The notes: generated by a model not told the origin, from the letters alone. 64,000 bases of DNA from Azolla caroliniana (GCA_043228905.1 JBHGNT010000001.1:14570001-14634000); one strand, 5' to 3'; positions 52,117 to 64,000 are shown, counted from the first letter of the stretch. Numbers and translations are program-made.

Positions 52117-52403
52117 TCATACCTCGTTTTTGCATGATTACTTTTTCTTTTCTTTTCTTTTTTATTTTTTATTTTTAATGTGGTGTGAGGTTAGTTTTCC
52201 GTTGGTCCTATCGGACCCTTACCGGCCTCATTACGGTTTGCCGTCTCCTCATTCTCCCCTGTTACCAGCTTGCCGTCTCCTCCGTCTTGGTGGTTGTCGT
52301 TCCCCTCACAGGTTGCCGTTTCCTCACCGGTGTCGGTCCTTTGCTCAAATGGGTTCTTAGGCATCGGTTCTCTATATGGCTTCAATCGGAATCCGTTGAC
52401 CCA

Positions 52404-55400
52404 TTAGCCTAGCACTTTGCCAGCAAGTGTCCCTAACTGGTAGGACCCATTATACTCACGTGTCAGCCAATACGGACCGGTCCATCTAAACCGTAGTTTA
52501 CCCGGCATCTTGCCCATCCGGGTCTGAAATACTAACACCGGCTTGCCGATTGCGAACATTTTTTCATTTCCTTTCCTGTGCCGGTCGACAAATGCTTTCC
52601 GTCGCCGTTGTTCCAATTCTAAGTGTAGGATGCTTGCCAGTTGTTGTTCCTCGAGTTCACACAGCGTTGTTAACCGTATTGCCTCCGACTCCTTCTCGCT
52701 CAACCGTTCCCGTAGCTGGATCCGTAAGCTGGGTACTTGGAATTCCACCGGCATTACCGCCTCTAGTCCGAACGCTAACCGGAACGGTGTTGTTCGGATG
52801 CTCGTTTTATATGCAGTCCGGTATGCCCAAAGCGCGCTATGTAGCTTGGTATCCCAATCCGTTCGGTTTTCGTTGACGATCTTCTGGAGGATATTCTGGA
52901 GCGTTTTGTTCGTCGATTCAGCTAATCCGTTTGCTTGCGGATAGTATGGTGTGCTCCGTTTATGGACAACGGCATAGAATGTTGTCAGGCTTTCAACTAC
53001 ATGGCCGAGAAAGTGCCCCCCTTGGTCGCTTATTAATTCGATTGGGCATCTGTAACGGCACCAGATGTATTCGTATAGAAATTTTGTCATTGACGCAGCG
53101 GTGTTGTCTCTTAAGGCTTTGGCCTCCACCCATTTCATGCAGTAATCAGTCGCGACGATGACGTACCGATTACCTTTTCTCATTGCCGGTGGTTTGAACG
53201 GTCCAACAAAGTCCAGCCCCCACTTCTGGAATTGTTCGAGTGGTAGTACAGGCTAGTGTGGCACCCAAGCCTGCTCTGTTGGCTGGCCCATTCGCTGGCA
53301 TAGGTCACATTCTTTTGCGTACCGTACAACATCTCTTAATGTCGTTGGCCACCATAGGCCACTTTGCCATATTTTCCTGGCCGTCGCATCTCCGGCATAG
53401 TGACCTCCGGCAACTCCGTAGTGGGCTTCCCTCAATATGAGGTCCTTTTCATCGCTACGCACAGGCCGTCTCCATATGCCGTCCGCGCCCTTGTGGTAAA
53501 GTGTGTCTTGCAGCAAGCAAAAATGTCGGTTTTGCACTGCCAGGCGTTTCCTTTCATCCCGGTTCATCTCTTCCGGAGGCAGTCCTGTGCTCAGAAACGG
53601 GTGCATGTTTGTGAGCCACTTGTCTTCCTGTGCCACCGTCTCATCTGCTGCCGTTTCCGTAGTGACTCGAAACAGCTCCGCATCCGGAAACTCGTCCGCT
53701 ACTCCGTCACCTGTCTCTCCGGACTCTAATCGGCTTAAGTAATCCGCCATGGCATGCTGTATCCCGGGTTGGTGGAATATTTCGAACTCGAATTCCTGTA
53801 ACAGTAAGGTCCACCAGGCGAACTTACCGGTGAGTGACGCTTTGGACACCAGGTAAAGGAGTGTCGAATGATCTACATGGAAGGAAAACTTCCTTCCCAA
53901 TAAATAATGCCGAAACTTTGTCACACTGTAGATCATCCCTAGAGCTTCCCGTTCCGTGGTAGAGTAGTTCCGTTCCGCATGGGATAGATTTCGGCTGGCA
54001 TAGTACACTGGCCGGTACCACTTTGGCTCCGTAAACTACATCAGTACGCTTCCACGAACACATGAAATTCTTTACTCCAATCCGGAGGCTGCACTACCGG
54101 TGCTTACGACAATAGTACCTTAAGGGCCCTTTATGCCCTATCCTCGGTGTCGGTCCACTGGAATGGTGTCCGATGTACGGCGGCATGCAACGATGTAGCC
54201 AGGTCGGCCAAGTATCGGAGCATCCGGTTGTGCCACCGGATCTGGCCTAAGAACCGGCTTAATGCCTTTGCCGTTGCCGGCGTTGGTGCTTCTAATATGG
54301 CTTTCACTTTGTCCAGGTCGACTGCAATACCTTCCTGGCTCACAATATGTCCTAATAAAGTTCCACTAGACACGCCAAATACACACTTTGCCGGATTCAA
54401 GCTTAGCCGGTATGCTCTACACTTTTCAAGACAAAGACGGAGGTGCTGAAAATGGTCCTCCTCCCAGCTATAGACGGCGAAATCGTCAAGGAAAACCTGC
54501 ATAAAAGCCGGGATATATTCACCAAAGATTTCCATGATGATTCGTTGAAATGTTGCCGGTGCCGTTTTGAGTCCGAACATCATCACCACGGCCACAAACA
54601 CCCCCCATTCGGTGACGAAAGCCGTTTTCTCTTGGTCGTCGGGGTTCATCCGAATCTGATTATACCCGTTGAATCCATCTAGAAAGCTATAGACCTCATG
54701 GCTGGCAATGGCATCCAACACTCCATCTGTGAACGGAAGTGGAAACGCATCTGTTACCATAGCCGCATTGAGTTTCCAGTAGTCCACACAAACTCGAATT
54801 TTTTCATTCTTCTTCAATACGACTACGATCGGGCTCAGCCATGTCGCTTTCTTTACCGGACGGATAAAGCCAACTCTTAGCAGTTTGTCGATTTCCTCCT
54901 TGACTTTGGCGGCATAATTGGGATTCATCCGGTACCGTCTTTGTGCCACGGGTTTTGCGTCCTTGCTCAAGTGAACCTGATGCTGGTATAACTGAGGTTC
55001 GAGTCCTCGCATGTCTTTGTATGACCAGGCGAACACGTCGCGAAATTCCGTGAGAAGTGTGATCATCGCCGTTTTGTCTTCGGACTTCATCTCCTTGGCA
55101 ATGTGCACCGGTTTTGCTTCGTCCGTGGTCCCTAGGTTCACCTCTTCAAGTTGCGACGCTTTTACGCGCTGTGAAACGGCCATTTCCCGTTCCAACGCTT
55201 CCTGCGCTTGCCATAACTCCCGGATTGCGTCTTTATCCGGTTCTGCTTCAGCCTCTTCCGGTTGCGGTAAGTATGGTGCTACTGCTTCGGCAATGTCAAT
55301 TTCGAAGAGGGGTATGATCTTCGGGTTTTCCTACAAGTTCTGAGCTTCTTCTTCGTCAGCTAACCCTTCTAGCATGTTGACGCACTCTGCATACAACGGT

Positions 55401-57859
55401 GTACATTCCTTGCCAGTGCTCGTCCTTGGATGTGTTGGTACCCGTACCTTGGCTTTTCCTCGCCGGAAGGTAATTATATTTTTCCTCCAATTCTGTTTGA
55501 TATGTGCCGTTTTCAACCACGGCCGCCCCAGCAATAGCGGGTATGCGCCTTGTGCCTGTTATTGTAGCACTACTGCCGAGATGTGAAATGTATGACCGCC
55601 CACGGTGACTTCTAATTTCCGTATTAATCCTGTCGGCCGCACTGAGCTTGTATGGGCCATCCGTAACCAGAACGGACACGGCTCCCACTCGTGGATTCCC
55701 AGGGCATCACACGTCCGAAGGCTTATTACATTCACCCCAGAGCCTCCATCTATTACTGTGCCGGGGAGTTCTTTCCCTTTTACAATCGCAGTAATTACCG
55801 GACTGTTGGTCCCTCCTCCGGATTCGAGAAGAGTACCAGTGCCGGTGATGATTCTCCTGCCGTCATGGCCGTCTTCAGTCCTTCCATGAATCTTGGCACG
55901 AGTTGTAGGAGTCTTCCTAGTGGCAACTTAATCTGGCATTCTTGCAACGCCAGCCATGTCTCGTTCTCAAAGTGACTGCCGCCGGCAAGCCCTACGGTAT
56001 TCTCCTTTTGCCACTGTAAGTCTGTGACATTTTGCTCGTTTGCTTTTTTCACCCATTCCGTCGCTTGCTTCCGGATGGTCTCCTGCGTCTCCCATTCCTT
56101 GGCCATGCCCTTCGACCTTGTGGTCACCTGTTGTAGATCTGCCACTTCAGGGACTACCATATTTACTCCCAGTCGTTTGTCATAGCTCTTCGCCGGGCAT
56201 TGATTACTATAATGGCCTTCCTGTCGGCAGTAGTGGCAGTAAGCTTTCCGGGTATTGCTGGATTCGGCATTGTCTGTTGTACCCGAGGCAGGTCCCGTGG
56301 TAAGCGCGGGGTTTTGGGCCGATTGGCTGCTTGAAGCTCCTTGTTCCGGATCCCGTGGGTAGCCGCCTTTTTTGAAATGTCGTTTTTTGTTATAGTTCTT
56401 CTTATTGCGGTACTCTTGACGAGGTTGGTCGTTATATCTGCTGTATTCCTCCCGTTGCTGACGATACCCGGGGGAGCGCTCCCGGTCGTAATGTTCGTAT
56501 CGTCTATTATACTCCCAGTACCGATCATATCTATCATGCCGGTCGTAGTTATCCCGCCGATCACTGTACCGGACATCATTCTCCCATCGATCGCCATACC
56601 GGACATCTTCTACCGGTCGGTCACGGTCCATTCGCCGCCAGCGTTCCTCTTCTTCATCCTGGCTGCTGCGTGCCTCTATTTGTCGGACGGGCGGTGCTTG
56701 CCGGTTCAATAGATTATACTCGCACCTATCCGTCGTATGGCCCTTGGATTGACAGATTACACATTGTGTCCTCATAGTGCATTCTAGTGCCGAGTGTCCG
56801 GAATTCAAGCAGGTTGTGCACTGTATTACTTGCCGAAACCGGAGGTCTTCATCGGACGATAACGCCCGTTGGAGTGCTCCCAATGTGAGCCAGGAGCTTG
56901 TCTTTTCCATCTCTCTCACTCGGTCAATGACCTGGTCGATGGTACTTGTGCGGAAGTCAATTACTATGCAAACCGTGCGTAGGGGTTCCCGGAGTGCATT
57001 TAGGAATATAGTCTGTAATTCCTCCTCCGGGGGTGCGCGGGCAAGCTGACTATGGATCGATCCGTTGAAACCGGATGACAAACTAGGGAATGCTCTCCCC
57101 TGCCTCCTATCGGATGGTATAAAATAAGCCCACCATTACTGTCTGGTCCACCTCCTTTTGGAAAAAATGCAAGAATTTAGCTTTTAAATCTGCAAAGGTG
57201 GTGATGGTAGACGGGTCCTGCGTCCGGCGCCATCTGCGTTCCTCTTCCTCCGGGGTCAATCACTAGGACACATGGTTTGCTTCCCATGTCTGTTCAAAGG
57301 CATGAACGTGAGCTTCCGCGTCCAAATCATCTCTATACTTGGAGTACTGGAACGACATGTCGTCGTCCAGTATTGGTGCACGGACTGGCAGTGTTGGTGG
57401 TCGTTCCTGGATTTTCTCCGGCGTCGGTGGTCTTTCCTGATTTGTTTCCGGCATCGGTTGTCTTTCCTCTTCTTTTGGTGACGGAGGCCTCTCCTCTTCG
57501 ACTTCCGGTGTCGAAGGTCGCTCTTCCTCTACTGGTTCCAGAGGTTCCAGCCTTAGCATTTCCAGTTCCGGTGTCGGTAAGGTGTCTGATCCTTTGTCCT
57601 CCGGTCCGCCTGGGGTTTCGTTGTTGCTACGGTAGTTCATGTGCACGCTGTATTCCCCTTCGAAATCCGATTCATACGCTGAAAAGGCTTCCGCTTCGCC
57701 TTCTCCGTTTGCCAACGCCTGGAGAAGGGATTCAGTTTCCCGGAGGCTACTTAGGCTACTGCCGTCGTCCGAGTGCGATGTTTGCTGTAACCAAAGGGAA
57801 TCCTCTGCTACTCTCCGGATTACGTTGGAAAACGAGCGATCCGCTCTAATTTCCTGCAC
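52404..57859 (-). pseudogene. gag-pol: Athila-like-2 gag-pol
   Basis: Three CCHC-type knuckles, IDGGSGVN protease, VFLDDF RT, YYASR..ERE RNase H, SDQGGHF and PYYPQANGLAE integrase. Confidence 0.93.
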
Positions 57860-58459
57860 CGCTTGTTGGAAAGCCTCACGTCTCCTTTGCCTTTCGGCAA
57901 GGCGTCGAGTTCAATCTGTAACCAGGTCGTGCGTTGATCTAGTCATCCATTCATGTCGTCGTTCGCTGCAAAAACAGGAATCGTGGTCGCCAAAAACTGT
58001 GTTTACTCTTAGGGCCGGACAATGGCCTAACACAGGGTGTCTATGGAAGACACTTCAACAAAGGGGTGTTACGGCAACAGGATTAGACTCAATGCTTAAT
58101 CCGACTTAATTAGGTTACTTAGCAAGATCGTCCGTAACAATCACACGCGTAAGATATAACAATGAATGTAGAACGGCAATTAACACAGAGAGATAACAAC
58201 ACTAAGCTTTATTAATTAACCGCTGCTCATTACATCGTATCTGGGCCTTTAAATAGGTTTCCGGTCTGTAGTACAAAACGGTGCCATCCGCACCTGTTCG
58301 GGATTGGTCCGGATCCGGAACGGCATACCGGTTCCGGTCCGTCCGTCCACACTCATAGCTTACTTACAACCATTCCTAATAATTAAATAACTCCTCGTTT
58401 CACACTCTGGACTCCTTTGCCGGCCGATAACAGGAAACAGGTCCCTCCGGATGGTGAAG

Positions 58460-58650
58460 ACCCGGTGAGAACCGGATGAAGAGTACCCGACTACGGAGAG
58501 TCGGATGGTGCAGACACGGTGAGAACCGGATGAAGAGTACCCGACTACGGAGAGTCGGATGGTGCAGACCCGGTGAGAACCGGATGAAGAGTACCCAGAT
58601 ACGGAGAGCCGGATGGTGCAGGCTCGGTGAGGAGTGCTCACCGGATGAAG
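58460..58650 (+). repeat. 54-bp tandem repeat in the Copia-3 LTR (3+ units here, 2+ units at 44699-44835)
   Basis: Unit CCGGTGAGAACCGGATGAAGAGTACCCG.CTACGGAGAG.CGGATGGTGCAGAC. Confidence 0.9.
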
Positions 58651-59244
58651 AGACATATTCGTAAATATGTTTCTGAGAGTCCATCGTGGCTATATTTGTA
58701 AATAGCCGAAAAGTCATATTAGTATAAATATGACTTAGGGCAAACTTTAGTTTAGGGTTGTTGTCATTCTTGTTTGCGCAAGATCAGAACGCGTAACTGT
58801 GTACAGAGAGAGAGAGAGAGAGGAAAAGGTTGTTGCCTCTGTTGTAACTGCCGGCTGTGGCGAAGATAGAAAGCTCGAGGTTGTTGCCTCGGTGCTTTAC
58901 TGTTGTACACTGTAACATAGTGATAGTTTGCAGCCTGTGGGCTGCCGTGGTTTTTCCCTAGTTTGGGTTTTCCACGTAAACATCCCGTTTACTCTTCTCT
59001 TCACTGTGTTGTGCATTCACTCCCCATTTTCTGTGTTTGATTCTAAGCTCGGTTGTGGCCGAGCGTTGTTCATCGGAGCGTGTAGTTCCTGTCACTAGGA
59101 TTTCCTAAATTTTGCATTCATGCCCGTTAGATGTGCACGCGTTGTCGTAGTGTATTTCGTACACTACGTGAAAAAGTAAAAATAATATAAATGATTTAAT
59201 TACATATAAATAAATAAAATAAGAATATCAAAATATTTATCACG

Positions 59245-59318
59245 TGCATAGGGCAAGATTCGAACCTTGTACCTCCACGTAGCCAAACCTCAACTTTACC
59301 ATTATGCTACCTTATCTT
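59245..59318 (-). promoter_or_regulatory. tRNA-like A-box/B-box, antisense within the LTR (second copy near 62086-62159)
   Basis: Minus strand TAGCATAATGG...GGTTCGAATC, a T-arm stem and a downstream TTTT. Confidence 0.7.
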
Positions 59319-59969
59319 TAGTGTTCTATAAATAGATTTAATAACTATAACTGCTTTATTTGCGCCTACCTTTATTAAAAGGTAAATCATGTATTTTTAG
59401 AGTGCGTGAATATTTTATAGAAAAACGCAAGCAACTAAAAAGTGACTCATGCACATCTAGCGTGCATGAGCACTATATTTAGCAAATAAAAGCAAGGATT
59501 AGAAAAGCATCACATGCACATTTAGTGTGCATGAACATATTAGAAAAAAAGCATGTAGCTATGCTTAGTCTCTCCCATCACTACATAAGGATGGGGAGCA
59601 CAATGTAATAGGCGTGTGAAATATTTGGAAATTGGATATATTTCCGAAAACACCAACCGATTAATATAATCGTGGGATTCACGAAAATAATATAATCTAT
59701 ACTTGTGGGATTCACAAGTTTCTTATATATTTCTTTCAATCTAAATACATATTCTTATCTAAATATTGATTAATCGAATAAAATACACTCGTGGGATTCA
59801 CGAAATTTCTATCTCTCTTTCTAATAATCTATTTATTACTAGCCTCATCTCATATTCTTCTTTCTCCTAGTCCAAAACCTCGGCGGTTCCCACCCGACTC
59901 ACGCAAACGATCTGGAGCCGAAAGGCACGACACAGTTGGTGAACCCAACGTGAAGGCGGGTGGCAAGGA

Positions 59970-62031
59970 GATGGAGAATCAACAAGAGGCAATGAGCATA
60001 ACGATGATGATGATGTTCGAGCGGATGCTACAAGAACAACGAGTGATGTCGGAGATCACGGGGGCAGTAAAGCGGCTCGTACAACGAAACGGACAATTCA
60101 ACGGAAACGATGTGTCACGCTATCTACATGACTACAAGGCGGAGATGATATGATGTGGGATACCGGAAGGATTGCAAGTGAAATCCTTCAATCGGGTGGC
60201 CACGGATGAGCTACAAGAGAGAATCCACAAGATACGGCAACAAAACTCGACATGGGGGTCATTCGAAGAAGCTTTACGAGAGGCATATGATTACAAGAGA
60301 TCAAAGGGACAAGATCGGCGAAAATTCGACGAATGGGTGGCATCGGAGAAGACCCACCGAAGTGCAACACAAGCATTCCTAGAGTTCGAGCATCGTCTTG
60401 CTCAACTCTCGGAGCGGGAACAACGGTTGGTGGGGGAGGATAAAGTCCTAATGTTCGTAAAATCGATCGATCAAAAAGAAAGGATGGACATCGGGATCGA
60501 ACTCGAAGACGATGACGGTACGAATGGTCTTACCGAAAATTGGGCCGAAGTCCAAAGGGTATGCTGGAGACATGATGAGAGGAAGATGAGAATCTTGTCA
60601 ACGACATGGCCGATGAAGGATGGTCGATTGAAGACAAACGATGGAGCCGATATGAAGGCCGAAATACAACATGATGGTGCGACAGAAGAGGGTGTAAAAC
60701 AAGCTACCCTCTTGTCTTGCGAAAGAACAACGACAAAGGATAAGGCCAATAACCCAAGTGTAGAAGAAGATTTCAGAATACAAGTGTCCGAAACATCGGG
60801 TGAAAAAGGGGTAAGCATAATTGATGCAGTGAAAGAGAGCAAGGAGGACTTGATTGAGGAGGTCACCATGAAAGATGACATCGAATTGAAGGTGGCTATG
60901 GACGAATCAACGACGGATGGCCATATCGAGACTTCCCCACCACTAATTCTAGAGACTCCGGCGGTTGCGTTCGAAAGGCAACGTGAGACCGAAGAGACAG
61001 AAGGTGGCGGAGAGAAAACAAAGGTCGAAGTCGATGCATACGACGGAGAGATAGCCGAGAATATGGCTATGGGTGAAACAATGGAGGATGATAATACCGA
61101 GGATTCCTACCCACTAATTCTAGAGACTTCGGCAGTTGTGTCCGAGAACCAACGTGAGACCGGAGAGACGGGAGGTGGCAGCAAGAAAGGTAAAGTCGGA
61201 AGCCGGTTTGGATGGAAGGTGATCCGGACGGGATTCCGATCCGAAAGAAAGCCGAACCGGGTAAAAGAGGATTCGACCAAAAGTCGACCCGAAAGAAAGA
61301 CGAACCGAAAGGAAGAGAATTCGGCCGAAAGACGACACAAACGAAAGCCGAACCGGGCGAATGAGGATTCGGCCGAAAGACGACCCGAAAGAAAGCCGAC
61401 CCGAAAAGGGGTCGACTCGGTCAAAACCGATCGACTGAGTTTGACTTGGCCGAACGCGAATATGGATGGAAGCCGACCTAGCCGAAAGCCGATCGGACGA
61501 GACCGATCCGGAAAGAAGCTAATCCGACTCAATCGGAGGTTGGACCGGTCGAGGCTGGTGAAAACAAGGAAAAGAAAGCCAACTGAAACCGAATCCGATA
61601 GATCGAAACCGAGCCGGAAGGAGACCAACTCAATCGAAACCGAACAACCGATTCCGATTCGGCCGAATACGAATCTGATCAGAAGCCGATCAAACCGAAA
61701 GTCAATCGGACGAGAGCGATCCGGAAAAAAGTCAAGGTTCATGAAGACAAGAAAGAGGCCAGTAAAAGACACTACCACGAATGACAAGGGCCAAGAATAT
61801 GACGAGAGAGAACAAAGAATATGGTGGATCGGATGGCGACAATGGTTCGGGTGGAAAGAATGGGTCTACTCAAAATGGAGAGACAAAGTTGACATAGCAG
61901 GACAAACAGAGGATGAAGGGGAGACAACGAGCATCGGCAACTTCGGCACATACCGGAGGATGTGCGGGTTCGGAGGGGGCGAGTGTCGTAGTGTATTTCG
62001 TACACTACGTGAAAAAGTAAAAATAATATAA
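59970..62031 (+). CDS. gag: Gag-like protein with long acidic then basic repetitive tail (one in-frame TGA at 60151)
   Basis: N-terminus homologous to the gag at 43365-44276. 619-aa open frame with PLILET duplication and RPERKPNR repeats; ends inside the 3' LTR. Confidence 0.8.
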
Positions 62032-62773
62032 ATGATTTAATTACATATAAATAAATAAAATAAGAATATCAAAATATTTATCACGTGCATAGGGCAAGAT
62101 TTGAACCTTGTACGTCCACATAGCCAAACCTCAACTTTACCATTATGCTACCTTATCTTTAGTGTTCTATAAATAGATTTAATAACTATAACTGCTTTAT
62201 TTGCGCCTACCTTTATTAAAAGGTAAATCATGTATTTTTAGAGTGCGTGAATATTTTATAGAAAAACGCAAGCAACTAAAAAGTGACTCATGCACATCTA
62301 GCGTGCATGAGCACTATATTTAGCAAATAAAAGCAAGGATTAGAAAAGCATCACATGCACATTTAGTGTGCATGAACATATTAGAAAAAAAGCATGTAGC
62401 TATGCTTAGTCTCTCCCATCACTACATAAGGATGGGGAGCACAATGTAATAGGCGTGTGAAATATTTGGAAATTGGATATATTTCCGAAAACACCAACCG
62501 ATTAATATAATCGTGGGATTCACGAAAATAATATAATCTATACTTGTGGGATTCACAAGTTTCTTATATATTTCTTTCAATCTAAATACATATTCTTATC
62601 TAAATATTGATTAATCGAATAAAATACACTCGTGGGATTCACGAAATTTCTATCTCTCTTTCTAATAATCTATTTATTACTAGCCTCATCTCATATTCTT
62701 CTTTCTCCTAGTCCAAAACCTCGGCGGTTCCCACCCGACTCACGCAAACGATCCGGAGCCGAAAGGCACGACA

Positions 62774-62877
62774 GCGTAATTTTATTAGTGTGCATATAAA
62801 TAAAGTTTTAACGCATTCTAAAAACGCGTAATTTTATTAGTGTGCATATAAATAAAGTTTTAACGCATTCTAAAAAT
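62774..62877. repeat. 52-bp tandem duplication starting at the TSD
   Basis: GCGTAATTTTATTAGTG...CATTCTAAAAA occurs twice; single copy in the sister LTR at 38101. Confidence 0.9.
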
Positions 62878-64000
62878 GCATGACTTACCTTTTAATAAAG
62901 GTAGGCAAAAATAAAGGTTTTATACGTATTAAATCTATATTTGAAACACTCACAATAAGTTAGTATAATGGTAAGGTTGGAGTTTGTTTGTGTGGAGGTG
63001 CAGGGTTTGAATCCTGCCCTATGCATGGAATAGAAATTTTAATGTTTCTTTTATTTACAATTGTGTCTCTTCATCCCGTAAGAGACTCTCACCAGCCTTC
63101 TTCATCTGGCTCTTCCTTGCCGGTTTGCCATTTCTTCCTTGCCGGTCCCTCTTCGTCTGGTTCTCACCGGGTATTTCATTTTCTATCCGAATGGAAAAAA
63201 TGCAATTTCCACGTAGTGTGTGAATTACACTACGACAACGTTTTTCACTCGCTTGTTGTAACCACCCGTTGTAGATTGGTCTCCTGGCAACAACCATATT
63301 CATGCTTCATTCGGTTGATCGACATTCGGGAGGATCAGTTGGATCCGTCCCTCTCATCGATGTAGTCACCCGAAGCAGAATCGGCCCAAACAATCAGTTT
63401 CTTGTAATCGGTATTTGGCATACAATCAGAAGCTAACCGGGTTCACTCTGACTCGGCAACATTCGGGAAGATCAGCCGGGTCTGTCCCTCAAGTTGCCGG
63501 AGTCACTCTGAGCAAGTTCAGCAACAAGTATCCGAAACCAAACTGACTCGGGTTCAAAACCGACTAGAACGATATCGGGTGAGCCGACTGGCTGCACCCC
63601 ACTAAGGTTTGTAGTCAACTACGAACCGAGTCTTCCCAACCGAAACCGAATTAGATGGCATCAACATCCAGCTCATCGTAAATGAGTCTAAGGAGGTTCG
63701 ACGGTTCGAACTTCAACTTCTGGAAGGAACAAATGCAGGACTTTCTTATAGTCAAGGGTTAGATAGACCCGATTGAGAATGAAAATCCTCCATAAGCATA
63801 CAAGGCAAACGAGTGGCTAAAGCTGGACAGAATTGTCTGCGCCACGATTCAGATGCACTTGTCGGAGTCAGTGTACTTTTCAGTGCAATCATGCACAACA
63901 ACTTTTGAACTATGGAAAACAGCGTTAGAAACTTATGAAAAGAAGGTCGCTGCAACAAAGATGTATCAATCCGGTGCCTCTACAACTTGCGGATGAAAGA

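Larger units (their letters stand above)
49332..58432 (-). mobile_element. Athila-like Gypsy element 2, full length
   Basis: LTRs 49332-49758 and 58000-58432. TSD GGAAA at 49327-49331 and 58433-58437. Minus-strand PBS TGGCGACCACG near 57982-57992 (tRNA-Arg-like). Confidence 0.95.
44665..59094 (+). mobile_element. Copia-3 (Tnt1-like), degenerate, inserted in an LTR
   Basis: 5' LTR 44665-45299, PBS TGGTATTAGAGC at 45303, PPT GAAGGGGGAG. 3' LTR is 49322-49331 plus 58433-59094. TSD CTATG/CTAGG; the empty site CTATG is visible in the sister LTR near 38057. Confidence 0.92.
59143..62773 (+). mobile_element. Non-autonomous gag-only LTR element (TR-GAG-like) of the Trp-primed family
   Basis: 790-bp LTRs at 59143-59932 and 61984-62773 with about 4 mismatches. 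TSD GCGT. PBS TGGTGAACCCAACGTG at 59937, PPT GGAGGGGGCGAG. No pol. Confidence 0.93.
37691..63237 (-). mobile_element. Trp-primed non-chromoviral Gypsy element with 4-bp TSD
   Basis: 3' LTR 37691-38526. 5' LTR is split into 44294-44664, 59095-59142 and 62774-63237. TSD ACGT at 37687-37690 and 63238-63241. Minus-strand PBS TGGTGAAACCGACATG near 44274-44289. Confidence 0.92.
37114..64000 (+). mobile_element. Copia-4 (related to Copia-2): 5' LTR 37114-37418, PBS, leader split by a 25.5-kb nest, gag start near 63655, runs off the window
   Basis: LTR TGTCGAATAC...CCAACA is homologous to the Copia-2 LTR. PBS TGGTATCGGAGC at 37421. 63242-64000 matches the Copia-2 leader and gag (MSLRRFDGSNFNFWKEQMQD). 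Confidence 0.88.

Noticed and set aside
61107-61787. 226-aa antisense ORF
   Set aside because: Shadow of the repetitive plus-strand gag tail; no independent motif.

Overview
Eukaryotic, TE-dense DNA, most likely from a seed-free land plant (moss, fern or lycophyte-like; inferred from the element lineages). No intact host gene is recognisable. The window is a pile of nested LTR retrotransposons whose ends and target-site duplications (TSDs) can mostly be read directly. Copia-1 (1626-13748) contains a young chromovirus (3055-10058). Copia-2 spans 16202-21634. A deep nest runs Athila-like-1 (from 27638) > Copia-4 (from 37114) > Trp-primed Gypsy (37691-63237) > Copia-3 (44665-59094) > Athila-like-2 (49332-58432), with a gag-only element (59143-62773) and several solo or partial LTRs. 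Under the insertions at about 16.1-27.6 kb lies the most unusual content: a decayed, intron-containing gene for a ParB-like domain fused to a prokaryote-type beta-class N4/N6 DNA methyltransferase. It sits head-to-head with a Cys-rich, transposase-like ORF, and an array of GATGCA-S-TGCATC palindromes lies between them. This may be a methyltransferase-carrying DNA transposon. A second notable system is a Gypsy family that makes 4-bp CpG-centred TSDs and carries an antisense tRNA-like Pol III promoter in its LTRs. Family assignments come from motif recognition only; no database search was run.
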